Shown piece after piece: positions 37,180-48,389 of a stretch of DNA of 64,000 bases. Location of the stretch: the NCBI GenBank assembly GCA_965263205.1, contig CBDHHF010000005.1, positions 4,673-68,672 of the forward strand, in the 5' to 3' direction. The notes beneath the pieces are model-generated. The model was not told where the DNA came from, ran no database searches, and saw only the letters and a list, made by a program, of their open reading frames with translations. The stretch comes from Rhodothermales bacterium. GTDB lineage: Bacteria > Bacteroidota > Rhodothermia > Rhodothermales > JAHQVL01. Within the stretch, counting starts at the first letter, position 1, and the number at the start of each line of letters is the position of its first letter. The position numbers and the translations under genes are program-made.

Positions 37180-38391
37180 TTAGTTGTCATTTCCACCTGG
37201 TGGGCCGCCTGGACCTCCAGGACCACCGGGGCCACTATGATGCTCCTCATAGTGCGTTTGTAGCCAGTCTTCGCCGTAATCGTTTTTCGGGTCGCGCACA
37301 ATGGTGTGCACATGGTTGGCGGCTCCTTCAGCACCACCTACCGCCCGCTCGCGGATATATTCGATGAGGATGGAAGGTCCGTGCACGCGGTAATAATACC
37401 GCTTAGTAATGTCATCGGTGGGTCCGATCCACGAAAAGTAGAGTTGCTCCATACCATCCGCAGCTATGTCAGCCAGTTGCTGCTCCGCTGCATCGTGGTC
37501 GGCATTCCTTACGTACTCTTCGATGAGGTGATTGAGCAGCTTCTGCTGGTGGGCATTCATCGCGCTGCCGGCGAGCCCCTGGTAGGTCTCCAGGCTTTGC
37601 TTTCTGCCAGGCCCTTCCAGCACGTCGCGCGGGATGTCCGTATCCAAGATCACCGTGGCTTGCTGATCAGCAGATAACGCGTGCAGTAATTCAAAACCAC
37701 GTTCTACTTCGTGTGACAATGCGCGCCAACCGGCAAAGGTACCTGTTTCAACTTCGTACGGCTCCGCCCCCAAAAACATCGGCGTGAACGCCACTTTGTT
37801 ATCCACTACGGTAAAGCTAACGGCCAGGTGGTGTCCGGTGATCATCCATCCCCAGCTGGCATCAGTCGCTGGATCGCCGAAAAACGAAGCCCAGTAGTTC
37901 TCAGACCGCCAGCTATCTACGAGCCGCACCATAAAGTCATCTTCGTCTGCTGCCGCCAAACGATCTTTAAACCGCACTTTCGCCTCTTCATGGAGGATGT
38001 CTTCCATCCAAAAGAGCGAAGACATTTTCAGATACCCCTGGCTGCTGGATGATGCCCGCATCAAGTCGTGAAAGAGCCGGCGCTGATCGTCATCCAAATC
38101 GCCGAGCCGGATGCCGACGCGTTCGTACATGGATGCCGGCAGGTTGCTCCACGTTGTGCGCGCATCGCCATCATCCAGCGCAAACATCCCTTCAGCGCGT
38201 AATTCGGGCGACAGGGAAGCAAGGAATGTTGTTGATGCTTGCTTCATTTGCTCGGCGCTACCGGACGGGACGGCTACCGCAGTCTGTGCATTTGCGCCGG
38301 ATGTCAAAGACACTGTGGCTTCTTCATGGGAGGAGGTTTGACATCCTACGAGTGCTGCTACTACGAAGGAAATTGCGAGCCGGCTAATCAT
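37180..38391 (-). CDS. DUF3500-family lipoprotein with a Gly/Pro tail
   Basis: The preferred start is MISRLAISFVVAALVGC (lipobox) at 38391. The core GHHLAVSFTVVDNKVAFTPMFLGAEP is typical of DUF3500. The C-terminus reads HHSGPGGPGGPGGPPGGNDN. Confidence 0.75.
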   Translation of the reverse strand: MISRLAISFVVAALVGCQTSSHEEATVSLTSGANAQTAVAVPSGSAEQMKQASTTFLASLSPELRAEGMFALDDGDARTTWSNLPASMYERVGIRLGDLDDDQRRLFHDLMRASSSSQGYLKMSSLFWMEDILHEEAKVRFKDRLAAADEDDFMVRLVDSWRSENYWASFFGDPATDASWGWMITGHHLAVSFTVVDNKVAFTPMFLGAEPYEVETGTFAGWRALSHEVERGFELLHALSADQQATVILDTDIPRDVLEGPGRKQSLETYQGLAGSAMNAHQQKLLNHLIEEYVRNADHDAAEQQLADIAADGMEQLYFSWIGPTDDITKRYYYRVHGPSILIEYIRERAVGGAEGAANHVHTIVRDPKNDYGEDWLQTHYEEHHSGPGGPGGPGGPPGGNDN

Positions 38392-38638
38392 AGTCGTGCT
38401 GGGAAATATCGAATAAATTTTTTGGTGGATTGCAGAAAATATGCTTTTTGAATCAAATAACACAGGCCGGTAATTCGGTGATACTCCATTTACCAGGACA
38501 GGCACCGTAACGTCCAAGTCTGTGGACGTACCAACCCAGTACATCAATACTATCAAATGATTCCTGTCGCGAGTAACTTGTAGGGAATGCCCGAGAGGCA
38601 ACCCGTTTCTTTTCGACTAGCCGTAACCCACCTTACTA

Positions 38639-39448
38639 ATGATACAGACTGTTACCTCCCTCTTCTTTTGTGTACTGCTACTTTCTGGCTGCCAGCCCAA
38701 CAACGAAACCCCAACCGCTGAAGCAGCGCCAGTTGAAGCTACACCAGGGGAACCCTCAATGGATGCCCTGGATAAAGCCCTCGCTGCACACGGTGGCCTC
38801 GACACCTGGCGTTCGATGGGCACACTCGAGTACAACGTTTTCAAAGGTGACCGAGAGGAGCATCACCTGGTTGATCTGCAGAGCAGAAATATCTTACACG
38901 CCGGCACGAGCTACGCTTTCGGGTATGATGGCGCGGACGTTTGGGTTTCACCCACCCGCGACGCGTACCCCGGCAATCCACGTTTTGCCAATGGCCTGGA
39001 TTTCTATTTCTTCGGTATTCCCTTTGTGCTCGCTGACCCTGGGACCAATCGTGAATACCTTGGACAAACTACGGTTAATGGGGTAGATTATGAGACGGTC
39101 AAAATCAGCTTCGATGCCGGCACAGGTGGTTCACCAGACGATTATTACATCGCGCACTTCGATCCTGAATCGCACCAACTCCACTCCATACTTTATACCG
39201 TCACGTTTAATTCTCAAACCCCTAACGAACAATACTACGCCCGCATGTATGACACCTGGGAAGAAATTGACGGGCTCCTTCTGCCGACGAAGATGACGGC
39301 CTACGCCTGGGATGGCGAGACACGCACGACGGGTGAAATGTATCGTGAGACCACATTCAGCGATATCAAGCTATCCACAGCATCTCCCGACCCTGCCATT
39401 TTTGCTATACCTGAAAACGCTGAACTGGCGTTGCCTGATGAAGAGTAA
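38639..39448 (+). CDS. Hypothetical lipoprotein
   Basis: Lipobox FFCVLLLSGC. The 269-aa ORF has coding-like composition, and I could not name a family with confidence. Confidence 0.6.
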   Translation: MIQTVTSLFFCVLLLSGCQPNNETPTAEAAPVEATPGEPSMDALDKALAAHGGLDTWRSMGTLEYNVFKGDREEHHLVDLQSRNILHAGTSYAFGYDGADVWVSPTRDAYPGNPRFANGLDFYFFGIPFVLADPGTNREYLGQTTVNGVDYETVKISFDAGTGGSPDDYYIAHFDPESHQLHSILYTVTFNSQTPNEQYYARMYDTWEEIDGLLLPTKMTAYAWDGETRTTGEMYRETTFSDIKLSTASPDPAIFAIPENAELALPDEE

Positions 39449-39779
39449 AGGATCGCTGAATGTGGATTCTCCACCACGTCATCCCGGACTTGATGTGGGT
39501 CCATGGCTGCTTGCGCATCGCTTCGGGTAACACAATTGGGCTGCTCGCCCAGATGCTGCTCTGTTAGACTTATCAGCATAACGTGGTTGAGGAGTTGTGC
39601 GAGTCCGGCAAAGATCCTTAGTAGAGCTCAGGATCGTGGGGATAGAGCAGATCAACAATCCGCATTCAGCATTCTCCAATCAATCCTCCTCTCTACACGA
39701 CCTGGACACCATACGTGTTTATTCTCCCGTCGTGGATGCCTATACTTACCCTACTTTCCCACAAGGTAAACAATTGCCC

Positions 39780-41330
39780 ATGCGTCGCTTCCCATTTTCT
39801 TGCGTTATTGCCCTCTTCATTTTCCCCCTCGCTTGTGCCGCTCCTCAGGCAATTGGCCCCGACACGGCCATAACCGTCGAGCAGGGTACGTTAACAGGTA
39901 TTGCCGGCGATAACGCCGCCATCACCGTTTTCAAAGGCATTCCGTTTGCCGCGCCTCCTGTCGACAGCCTCCGCTGGGCGCCACCTCAACCACCCGCTGC
40001 ATTTATAGACGGCATGTACACAGCAGACACCTTCGGCCCAAGTTGCATGCAAAATGCACCGGAGGATCGCCTCCCCTGGACGATGGAATACCTGATTTCC
40101 AACGAAGTCTCAGAGGATTGCCTGACGTTAAACATTTGGACGCCAGCTAAAGATATAGCAGCCGGCCTCCCCGTGTTTGTCTATTTCCATGGCGGCGGAT
40201 TTGTTGAAGGCTCCGGCGAAGTACCCCTCTACAACGGCGAAGCCCTTGCAGCGCAGGGTATCATCGTGGTTACGGTTAATTATCGCCTTGGTATTTTTGG
40301 CTTTCTCGCGCATGCTGAGCTAACCGCAGCGTCTGCCCAAAACGCATCGGGCAATTATGCATTGCTCGACATGGTTGCTTCATTGGAATGGATTCAGCAA
40401 AACATTCAAGCGTTTGGTGGCGATCCAAACCAGGTGACGATAGCTGGCCAGTCTGCCGGCGCTGAATCCGTGCGCGCCCTGATCGCTTCGCCGCTTACTA
40501 AAGGACTTTTTCATGGCGCGATAGAACAAAGTGCAGTTGGCGCCTACACACCACCGCTTGCAGAAGCAGAGCAAATTGGACAATCTTTGCTGGAAGCACT
40601 GGGCGCCAGTTCGATTGCAGAACTGCGAGCGCTATCTGCCGATTCTCTCCACAGACTCCACGCCCAACGAGCCAACGTCCGGGTCGGCCCCATAGTAGAC
40701 GGCTTGCTCTTACAAACATCAGCGCTTGAAGCCTACGAAGCCGGCACCCACAACGATGTGCCAATGCTGAAGGGCTTCACGGCTGATGAGTTTGCCGGCA
40801 TTTTCTTCAATCCCGAAGAATTGACTGCAACAGCTTTTTACGCCATGGCAGAGGAAAACTATGGCGCAGCAGCGCTCGACGAATTCAAAGCCCTTTATCC
40901 AGCCGATTCAGAAGAAGCCTTGCAGCACGCTTTCAGTCTCCAGCAGCAAGATACCTGGGCGCTGCGGATGTATGAACTCGCCCAACTCCGAGCCAACAGC
41001 GGGCAGGGCTTGACCTTCAACTATATCCTTGATCGCGCTACCCCCTGGCCCGAGCATCCCCGCTATAAAGCTTTCCACTCTTCCGAAATCCCGTACGTAT
41101 TCGCCAACCAACACCTGATCGACAGGCCGTGGGAGGAAATTGACCGCACACTCGCTGCCCAGATGTCAGCCTATTGGGTGAACTTTGTTACTTCAGGCGA
41201 TCCAAACGGCGAAGGATTATCAACGTGGCCGGCATCCACAGACCAATACCTCCGCCTCGACGAAAACATCCGCATGGATGAAATCATAAGTGAACGCAAA
41301 CGCGCCTTTTATGCCGCTTATGGTGGCTAG
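39780..41330 (+). CDS. Type-B carboxylesterase/lipase
   Basis: A signal peptide begins at the ATG at 39780 (MRRFPFSCVIALFIFPLACA). Motifs: FKGIPFAAPPVDSLRW, EDCLTLNIWTP, VYFHGGGF and the nucleophile elbow IAGQSAGAES. Confidence 0.9.
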   Translation: MRRFPFSCVIALFIFPLACAAPQAIGPDTAITVEQGTLTGIAGDNAAITVFKGIPFAAPPVDSLRWAPPQPPAAFIDGMYTADTFGPSCMQNAPEDRLPWTMEYLISNEVSEDCLTLNIWTPAKDIAAGLPVFVYFHGGGFVEGSGEVPLYNGEALAAQGIIVVTVNYRLGIFGFLAHAELTAASAQNASGNYALLDMVASLEWIQQNIQAFGGDPNQVTIAGQSAGAESVRALIASPLTKGLFHGAIEQSAVGAYTPPLAEAEQIGQSLLEALGASSIAELRALSADSLHRLHAQRANVRVGPIVDGLLLQTSALEAYEAGTHNDVPMLKGFTADEFAGIFFNPEELTATAFYAMAEENYGAAALDEFKALYPADSEEALQHAFSLQQQDTWALRMYELAQLRANSGQGLTFNYILDRATPWPEHPRYKAFHSSEIPYVFANQHLIDRPWEEIDRTLAAQMSAYWVNFVTSGDPNGEGLSTWPASTDQYLRLDENIRMDEIISERKRAFYAAYGG

Positions 41331-41415
41331 TAAAGCACCGGGGGTTCGTATTTCCGGGTCTTCAAACAGCAATCGAAAACCCGGAAGCACGAAACCCCGA
41401 AAGCACACTATATCA

Positions 41416-44001
41416 TCAATAAAGAAACGTGTAATTCAGCTTGATCAGGAATGCGTTTTCCGGGAAGATATCAAAGGTATTGCTGAACTGGTCGTTGAGC
41501 GACTGCTCGTAGGGAGAACCAACCCATGGTGCAAGCGGATTGAGCTCGTTGTCAGCCCGCCGGCCGTGTGTCCATACAAAAAACAGCGACGAACCCGGGC
41601 GATACTCCCAGCGCAATACCACATTGGATTGCAAACTGCTGAACGAGAACTCATCGCGTTTCGGGAAGGCATCGAAGTCTGCCAGGTTGTCGCGATCCTG
41701 TTGAATCTGAAAATCTTCATACCGCCCCCTTGCTGCGAACAACTGGCTGTATAGCTGAATAGAAAGCTGTGGCGTCAACGTTACGGTACCACGCAAGGTG
41801 AAATCCATAGAGCGCGTGTCCCTCGCCCCAAAAACTGAAGCAAAGTACACATCAGTATCAAACGGTGTCAGTGGCGCAAGAATTTCTTCGAGTGCTTCGC
41901 CATTTTCAATCGGCACATAGTCTGATACCCCCAGTTCATCTGGCGCATCGCTTTCCAGTCCGATCAACCAGCCATCACCGAGCCGGCGGAATGACTCGTT
42001 GCCAGACCATGCAACAACGCTCTGCTCCCACTCCCCTGCAATTTCGCCTTCCAATGAGAACCGTGCACCGGCGTTCCAGCGCCCTTCCATTACCACTTGA
42101 GAAATCGTACCACCATTATCAAGAAAAGACATGGCTACAGCTGGCTCAATCTGCCAGTTACGGCGCGCGTCCGTTTCAAAATCAACTTCAAAGCCTACAC
42201 CTGCGGGTTGCGCCCAGGGCAATAAGCCACGGGTCTCAAACTGGTTGTATCCACCGAAGATGTCATCTAATTCAAAATCTAAACCGATCGTCTGAAAACC
42301 CTTCAGCGTCCAACGTGACCCAAAACTCAATCGCTGACCAAGGCCAATGCCTTCATCATACGTATACCTTTGCGCTCCATAAAGTCGGAACCCTGCACGC
42401 AGGAAGGGTCCAAAAGGCTGTCCACCGTTGATTTCGTGCTCCCAGCGCGAGGTGAACGCGATATAATTATTCTCGCGAAGCTGGCCCAGATCGTTTGGGT
42501 TAAAGCTATCGCTGTAAAGATCTACGCTCGCCGACCCGTTCCAGGCGCCTTGCCTTTTACGGCCTTCGATGCTGGCAGCATATCCATTTTCACTGCCGAT
42601 AAATGCGTTATCCCAGTTTCTTCTCGTCGTCGCCAGAAAACCTTCAATACCATACTGATTGTCTCGCAAGCGAAGATCCCAATCAGCGCCGGCCACAAAT
42701 GTATTCAGGCCCCCATCGTCCAGGTTGGTCCCGTTAAAGAACGTCCCGATGGCCCCAACGCTGGAATAGGTACCTATCTGCTGCCGCAAACGGGCAACGC
42801 CAAATCCGCGAGTAGGGTCAAAGTCGCTGCCCGTTGCAGCGCCAAGCACCCCAAACGACAAACCAGAGCCTGTACGACCGGAAAGTTTCGTGGCACCAAT
42901 AATCGGCGCATCTGCACCGATGCGGCGCGTGTACAGCAAACCACCGCGACCTACATCAAATTCGTAGATATTGATTCCTTCTACAAAGAAAGGCCGGCGC
43001 TCTTCAAAGAAGTTCTCAAAAGCCGTCAGGTTGAGCACAGCCGGATCTGCATCAACCTGACCAAAATCCGGGTTGATGGTCGCGTCCAGCGTAATGTTTG
43101 GTCCGAGTCCAATTTTAAGGTCTCCCCCAACATCAAACGTACTACTGCTTGCGGTTTTACCGCTCACATTTTCGTCTTCTTCCGTGAATACACCGGTTAC
43201 CGTATACGGCGAGACCTGGATATTGCGGCGTGGTTTTACGTTTTGGATTCCTTCGAGGGCGCCAAACTGCGCAATCAGGTTATCGCGTTCGATACGCGGT
43301 ACGTACGGCCACTCGGTCTGCTCACCAAGCCGTGGATTGCGGCGCGTAAAGTGGATGCCCCAGGTTTGGATTGGCGTGTCAGCAAAGCGAAGCATGCTGT
43401 AGGGGATGCGCGCTTCAACGCTCCATCCATCACCCGTTGCCTTCACGTCAGAATACCAGATGGCGTCCCACGAAGGATCCATGCCCCGCGGTGCATTGCT
43501 GCCACCACCGCCTGGTCCCGGACCGCCCCCGGTCGACTGGATGGCATCAAACTGTACGCCGGCTGCATTTACGCCAAATACATACGCTGTGCGTTTTTCG
43601 AAATACGCATCGATCGCTACAAGAAACCAGTCAGCCCGGTTATAGTCATCGCGCCGGCCCAGCGTTTTCTCGATCAGTTGGGGCTCATCATCATAAAGCA
43701 TGGCACCAACGTAGAGGCTGTTTTGCCCGTACAACACGCGGACTTCCGTTTTCTGAGAAGCATCCGCACCATCAACAGGCTCAAATTGCCGAAAACCGCT
43801 GATGGGTATTGCTGACTGCCAGGCTTCTTCATCCAAAAATCCATCGAGCGCAATATCTGCAGAGACCGCCTGCGCCTGCATCCGGTCTTGTATTTCAGGT
43901 AGCGCGTCTTCACGCGACTGTCCTACTACACCGTCCACTGTTGGCAGGACACAAAACAGCAACAACGCAAAGGCAATTAATCGTTTACTACGGGCGAGCA
44001 T
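41416..44001 (-). CDS. CBM9-like/DUF5916 outer-membrane protein
   Basis: The start at 44001 gives a signal peptide (MLARSKRLIAFALLLFCVLPTVDG). The N-terminal DGFLDEEAWQSAIPISGFRQFEPVDGADASQKTEVRVLYGQNSLYVGAMLYDD is typical of the family. The C-terminus has beta-barrel-like alternating residues and ends in an aromatic residue. Confidence 0.8.
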   Translation of the reverse strand: MLARSKRLIAFALLLFCVLPTVDGVVGQSREDALPEIQDRMQAQAVSADIALDGFLDEEAWQSAIPISGFRQFEPVDGADASQKTEVRVLYGQNSLYVGAMLYDDEPQLIEKTLGRRDDYNRADWFLVAIDAYFEKRTAYVFGVNAAGVQFDAIQSTGGGPGPGGGGSNAPRGMDPSWDAIWYSDVKATGDGWSVEARIPYSMLRFADTPIQTWGIHFTRRNPRLGEQTEWPYVPRIERDNLIAQFGALEGIQNVKPRRNIQVSPYTVTGVFTEEDENVSGKTASSSTFDVGGDLKIGLGPNITLDATINPDFGQVDADPAVLNLTAFENFFEERRPFFVEGINIYEFDVGRGGLLYTRRIGADAPIIGATKLSGRTGSGLSFGVLGAATGSDFDPTRGFGVARLRQQIGTYSSVGAIGTFFNGTNLDDGGLNTFVAGADWDLRLRDNQYGIEGFLATTRRNWDNAFIGSENGYAASIEGRKRQGAWNGSASVDLYSDSFNPNDLGQLRENNYIAFTSRWEHEINGGQPFGPFLRAGFRLYGAQRYTYDEGIGLGQRLSFGSRWTLKGFQTIGLDFELDDIFGGYNQFETRGLLPWAQPAGVGFEVDFETDARRNWQIEPAVAMSFLDNGGTISQVVMEGRWNAGARFSLEGEIAGEWEQSVVAWSGNESFRRLGDGWLIGLESDAPDELGVSDYVPIENGEALEEILAPLTPFDTDVYFASVFGARDTRSMDFTLRGTVTLTPQLSIQLYSQLFAARGRYEDFQIQQDRDNLADFDAFPKRDEFSFSSLQSNVVLRWEYRPGSSLFFVWTHGRRADNELNPLAPWVGSPYEQSLNDQFSNTFDIFPENAFLIKLNYTFLY

Positions 44002-44318
44002 AGCCAGCACTTTATCTTTTATTGTTCCATAAGTAGCGGTGCAAACAGGGCATATCAACCTCTTCACATTAACGCTCTGCTGCACCTCGCATCCAATAAC
44101 GATAACGCCTAATCCACGTGTTGTTAAAAATTGTAAATAAAAATTAAATCAGCATTAAAAAATGCGCCTTTAAACCTGTAACAATGTGCATTCCGGGGGG
44201 AATACGGGTAAGTTGTAATGATTACGTTAAATGAGAAACAAATCAATTCGTACCCAATTCTCCATAAGACACGGACTATTGGGTATTGCCAAACACTCCT
44301 CACCTATTTTCCAATTCA

Positions 44319-45260
44319 ATGAAAGCTTTTCGTCTGCCCCTTCAACTGCTGGTTGGTGCCTGTCTCTTCACCGCGTGTACAGGAGAACAACCGGACACCA
44401 CTTCGTCTGCCGTGCCGGCGGTTAACGTTGCATCCAATCCTTCCACAGCTAATGATGAGTTTGGTGATTACTGGTATCAAGGGGAAGCAGAATTAACAAG
44501 CTACAGCCTGGAGCAATCCCGGTACGGCGAAACGCGCGAGGGCACTGCCGTGCTGATTTTTGTGACGGAAGACTTCTCAAAATCGAAACAGGTAAAACTC
44601 GACAACCCATCGCGCGCCGGCGATGACAAAATCAGCGTACTCAAACTCAACGCCACGCGCAATTTCACAACGGGCATCTACCCCTATTCGATGATGTCCT
44701 CTGTATTTACGCCCATTCCAGGGAGCGAATTTCCGCGCACGCTCAAGGTGGCTACTTCGTCGCAGGAATGGTGCGGACACACCTTTACCCAGATTAATCG
44801 AGATGGCAACAAATACCATATTGAAGGCCGGTCATACTTCGAAAGCGAAGGCGACCAGGATGTTAAACTCGATGCGGTTATGCTGGAAGATGAGGTATGG
44901 AATGCCATCCGCCTCGATCCCGACCGCTTGCCAACCGGCAAGTTTAAAATGATTCCCGGCACCATGATTCAGCGGCTCGATCATATGGATTTTGAGATAC
45001 TGGATGCGGAAGCCGCGCTGGAAGAAGCCGGCGACAATATGATGCAGTACGTCATCGAGTATCCCGTCATTCAAAACACGCTGCGCATCACGTTCACCAA
45101 AGATTTCCCGCATGAAATTGAAGGGTGGGAAGAAACCCGCATGGTGCTCTCTGGTCCCCGTACCACAAAAGCAACCCGCAAAGAACGGATGATGCTGGCC
45201 TATTGGAATCACAACAGCAATGCGGATCTTCCGCTGCGCGCCGAACTCGGCCTTGAATAG
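44319..45260 (+). CDS. Hypothetical lipoprotein
   Basis: The start MKAFRLPLQLLVGACLFTAC (lipobox) is at 44319. No function recognised. Confidence 0.6.
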   Translation: MKAFRLPLQLLVGACLFTACTGEQPDTTSSAVPAVNVASNPSTANDEFGDYWYQGEAELTSYSLEQSRYGETREGTAVLIFVTEDFSKSKQVKLDNPSRAGDDKISVLKLNATRNFTTGIYPYSMMSSVFTPIPGSEFPRTLKVATSSQEWCGHTFTQINRDGNKYHIEGRSYFESEGDQDVKLDAVMLEDEVWNAIRLDPDRLPTGKFKMIPGTMIQRLDHMDFEILDAEAALEEAGDNMMQYVIEYPVIQNTLRITFTKDFPHEIEGWEETRMVLSGPRTTKATRKERMMLAYWNHNSNADLPLRAELGLE

Positions 45261-45296
45261 CCGGCACAAGCTCCCCCAACCTCGCCACCTTGAATC

Positions 45297-46187
45297 ATGA
45301 GCAAGATCTCAAAAAACGACATCACCCAGGAAGTCTACGACCTCTTCGACAAGTACGTACACGGCAACATGGACCGCCGGACGTTCCTCGAAAGGGTTTC
45401 ACAGTATGCCGTGGGTGGCCTCACAGCCACTGCTATCCTCGACTTCTTGTCGCCCAAGTATGCCACAGCTCAGCAAGTACGGGCCGGTGATACGCGGCTC
45501 GATGACAGCTATATTGAATACAACTCCCCCAAAGGTGGCGGTACCATTCGCGGGCTGCTTTCTATGCCGGCAGGTAACGAAACGAAGCTACCGGGTGTCG
45601 TGGTTGTGCATGAAAACAGAGGGTTAAACCCACATATTGAGGATGTTTGCCGGCGCGCTGGCCTTGCCAACTTTGTTGCACTCGCTCCTGACGCCCTGTG
45701 GCCCCTTGGCGGCTACCCCGGCACCGACGACGAAGGACGCGTGCTGCAGCGCGAACGGGACCGTGGCGAAATGCTTGAAGACTTTATCGCTGCCTTCGAC
45801 TACCTCAAAAGCCACCCGGTTTGCAGCGGCCAGGTAGGTGTGGTCGGCTTTTGCTTTGGTGGTTGGATTTCCAACATGATGGCAGCGCGCGTGCCAGATT
45901 TGAAAGCAGCGGTGCCGTTTTACGGCGGGCAGGCACCTGCGGAAGAAGTACCCAATATCAACGCCCCCCTCCTCCTCCATTTTGCAGAGAACGATGCACG
46001 GGTGAATGCCGGATGGCCAGCGTACGAAGAAGCCTTAAAAGCGCACAACAAAACGTACACGGCACACATGTACCCCGCCGTGAATCACGGCTTCCACAAC
46101 GATACCACGCCGCGCTACGATGAGCCAGCAGCGAAACTCGCCTGGGAACGCACCATCGCCTTCTTTAATGAGCACCTGAGTGCCTGA
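45297..46187 (+). CDS. Dienelactone hydrolase family protein with a Tat-like RRTFL motif
   Basis: Contains MDRRTFLERVSQYAVGG, VVVVHENRGLNPHIEDVCRR, GVVGFCFGG and HGFHND. Confidence 0.85.
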   Translation: MSKISKNDITQEVYDLFDKYVHGNMDRRTFLERVSQYAVGGLTATAILDFLSPKYATAQQVRAGDTRLDDSYIEYNSPKGGGTIRGLLSMPAGNETKLPGVVVVHENRGLNPHIEDVCRRAGLANFVALAPDALWPLGGYPGTDDEGRVLQRERDRGEMLEDFIAAFDYLKSHPVCSGQVGVVGFCFGGWISNMMAARVPDLKAAVPFYGGQAPAEEVPNINAPLLLHFAENDARVNAGWPAYEEALKAHNKTYTAHMYPAVNHGFHNDTTPRYDEPAAKLAWERTIAFFNEHLSA

Positions 46188-46188
46188 C

Positions 46189-48351
46189 ATGCGGTTGACG
46201 TTACGCTACATATGGCTCCTGCTGGCCTTGATGCCGCTCAGCGCCTTTGCGCAGGAGGAAGAGGATACCAGTCCTTACAGCAGTGCCGTCCTGATTGCTG
46301 AGCAAGATGCCATTCAGCCGGGCGTACCCTTTACGCTCGGCCTGCACATGCGTATGGATCCCGGCTGGCACAGCTACTGGCAAAACCCTGGCGACTCCGG
46401 GGAGGCGACAGAGATTGAATGGGCGCTGCCGGCCGGCTTCACAACTGGTCCGATGCAGTGGCCTTTTCCGGAAAGCATTGACGTCCCGCCTCTGCGATCG
46501 TACGGGTATTCAGATGAAGTCTTGTTGATGACCGAAATCACCCCACCGGCAGACGTGCAACCGGGGACCTCCGTTGAACTCTCCGGCATCGCATACTGGC
46601 TGATTTGTGAAGAGATTTGTTTGCCGGCTGAAGAAGCTATTTCGCTCACATTGCCTGTCCGCGAAGCAGCTGATGACGTTGCAGCTAATGCCAGTCATTT
46701 TGAGGAGGCTCATGCCAACTTGCCAGTAAAAGACTTCAACTGGTTCGTTGCCGCAACACGCAATACGGGCAGCTACGTGCTGCAAATCACACCACCGGGT
46801 ACGTTTACAGACAGTCTCGAAGCACTCTACTTTTTTTCAGCTGAAAATACAGCCATCGAACACGCAGCTCCTCAGCCGCTCACACGAAACGGTGATACGT
46901 ATTTGCTGGCCATGCAGCAGTCGGAATATGCCACGGGACCTGCCAACAGATTGCAAGGTGTTCTCGTTGCAGATGCACAGGCATTTGGTGCAGGCGCTCG
47001 GGCACTTGCTGTAGATGTGCTGGTTCAGGATGCCCGTGACATCGCTGCCGGCATACCTGAAGGTACAACACCCGATGGCTCATCAAACCAATCATTACTC
47101 GGCTGGCTGGCACTTGCTCTGGGTGGTGGCTTGTTACTCAACTTGATGCCGTGTGTCTTCCCCATTCTGTCACTCAAAGTGTTGGGGTTTGCTGAGCAGT
47201 CAGAAGCAGCGGCGTCCAGCATCCGCAAACAAGGCTGGTGGTTTGGCCTCGGTGTACTGGTTTCTTTCTGGATCTTAGCCGGCTTGCTGCTTGGACTCCG
47301 CGCTGCCGGCAGTCAGATTGGCTGGGGCTTCCAGTTGCAATCACCCCTCTTTGTTGCTGCCATGGCCTCGCTGTTTTTTGTGATTGGTCTCAACCTGATG
47401 GGTGTGTTTGAAATTGGCCTGTTTACGTCGCGTATTGGCGCAAAAGCACATGGTGAAAGCGGACAACGGGCCTTTATGGACGGTGTGCTTGCCACATTAG
47501 TCGCCACACCTTGCACCGCACCGTTCATGGGCGCAGCGCTGGGTGCTGCCATTGTGCTCCCCACAGCGCAGGCGCTGTTGATTTTCACTGCGCTGGGCGC
47601 CGGCATGGCTCTGCCCTACGTATTGCTCGCCAATATGCCGGCCCTCGTCCACAAACTCCCCAAACCGGGTGCATGGATGGAGACGCTCAAACAGGTCCTC
47701 GCTTTCCCCATGCTTGCAACAACCATTTGGCTTGTCTGGGTGTTTGGCAATCAGACCAGCGTAGACGGTGCCGCGTTGCTATTGCTTGGTATGTTGCTGA
47801 TTGGCGCGGCCTGCTGGATTCTCGGCCGGTGGCCGGCTATTCAGATTTCTACGGCTACGCGGCTTACTTCCAGAGCCATTGCGATTGCGCTGGCTGTCCT
47901 CGCTTTCACCAGTGTGTATGCCGGCACACAGTTTTTGCCGGCCGCTGGTGCAGCAACGGGTGCTTCATCTAACGCTACATCGGACTCCGTTTGGCAGCCT
48001 TTCTCACAGGCGCGGGTAGACGCCCTGCAAGCTGCCGGCACACCAGTCTTTATCGATTTCACGGCTACCTGGTGCATCACGTGCCAGGTGAACAAACGCA
48101 CTACGTTAAACAATAAGCCGGTACTCGACGCGTTTGCACAAAAAGGGGTGACGCTCTTCCAGGCTGACTGGACAAATGAAGATCCTGAAATCACGGCGGC
48201 ACTGGAAAAACATGGTCGCAGCGGCGTCCCCATGTACGTACTGGACGCAGGTGACGGATCATCCCCGATACTCTTGCCCGAAATTTTAACCGAATCTATT
48301 GTACTCGAGGCACTGGCCAATCTGCCCAATGCTACTAACGAATCTGACTAA
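46189..48351 (+). CDS. dsbD: DsbD-family thiol:disulfide interchange (protein-disulfide reductase) membrane protein
   Basis: The N-terminal periplasmic domain is followed by a TM core with NLMPCVFPILSLK and ATPCTAPFMG. The C-terminal thioredoxin domain carries FTATWCITCQVN. Confidence 0.9.
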   Translation: MRLTLRYIWLLLALMPLSAFAQEEEDTSPYSSAVLIAEQDAIQPGVPFTLGLHMRMDPGWHSYWQNPGDSGEATEIEWALPAGFTTGPMQWPFPESIDVPPLRSYGYSDEVLLMTEITPPADVQPGTSVELSGIAYWLICEEICLPAEEAISLTLPVREAADDVAANASHFEEAHANLPVKDFNWFVAATRNTGSYVLQITPPGTFTDSLEALYFFSAENTAIEHAAPQPLTRNGDTYLLAMQQSEYATGPANRLQGVLVADAQAFGAGARALAVDVLVQDARDIAAGIPEGTTPDGSSNQSLLGWLALALGGGLLLNLMPCVFPILSLKVLGFAEQSEAAASSIRKQGWWFGLGVLVSFWILAGLLLGLRAAGSQIGWGFQLQSPLFVAAMASLFFVIGLNLMGVFEIGLFTSRIGAKAHGESGQRAFMDGVLATLVATPCTAPFMGAALGAAIVLPTAQALLIFTALGAGMALPYVLLANMPALVHKLPKPGAWMETLKQVLAFPMLATTIWLVWVFGNQTSVDGAALLLLGMLLIGAACWILGRWPAIQISTATRLTSRAIAIALAVLAFTSVYAGTQFLPAAGAATGASSNATSDSVWQPFSQARVDALQAAGTPVFIDFTATWCITCQVNKRTTLNNKPVLDAFAQKGVTLFQADWTNEDPEITAALEKHGRSGVPMYVLDAGDGSSPILLPEILTESIVLEALANLPNATNESD

Positions 48352-48353
48352 AT

Positions 48354-48389
48354 GCAAACACATAAATCTTCCAAGATTTATGTGTTTGC
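48354..48389 (+). terminator. Rho-independent terminator
   Basis: gcaaacacataaatctt cc aagatttatgtgtttgc forms a 17-bp perfect stem and is followed by tgtt. Confidence 0.7.

Noticed and set aside
42370-43815. A 481-aa ORF lies antisense to the DUF5916 gene. Similar long antisense ORFs occur elsewhere, for example 5661..6137, 6007..6645, 18099..18602 and 47841..48329.
   Set aside because: These are shadow ORFs typical of GC-rich coding regions. They are Arg/Pro/Ser-rich and low in complexity, carry no recognisable motifs, and are fully nested in well-supported genes on the other strand.
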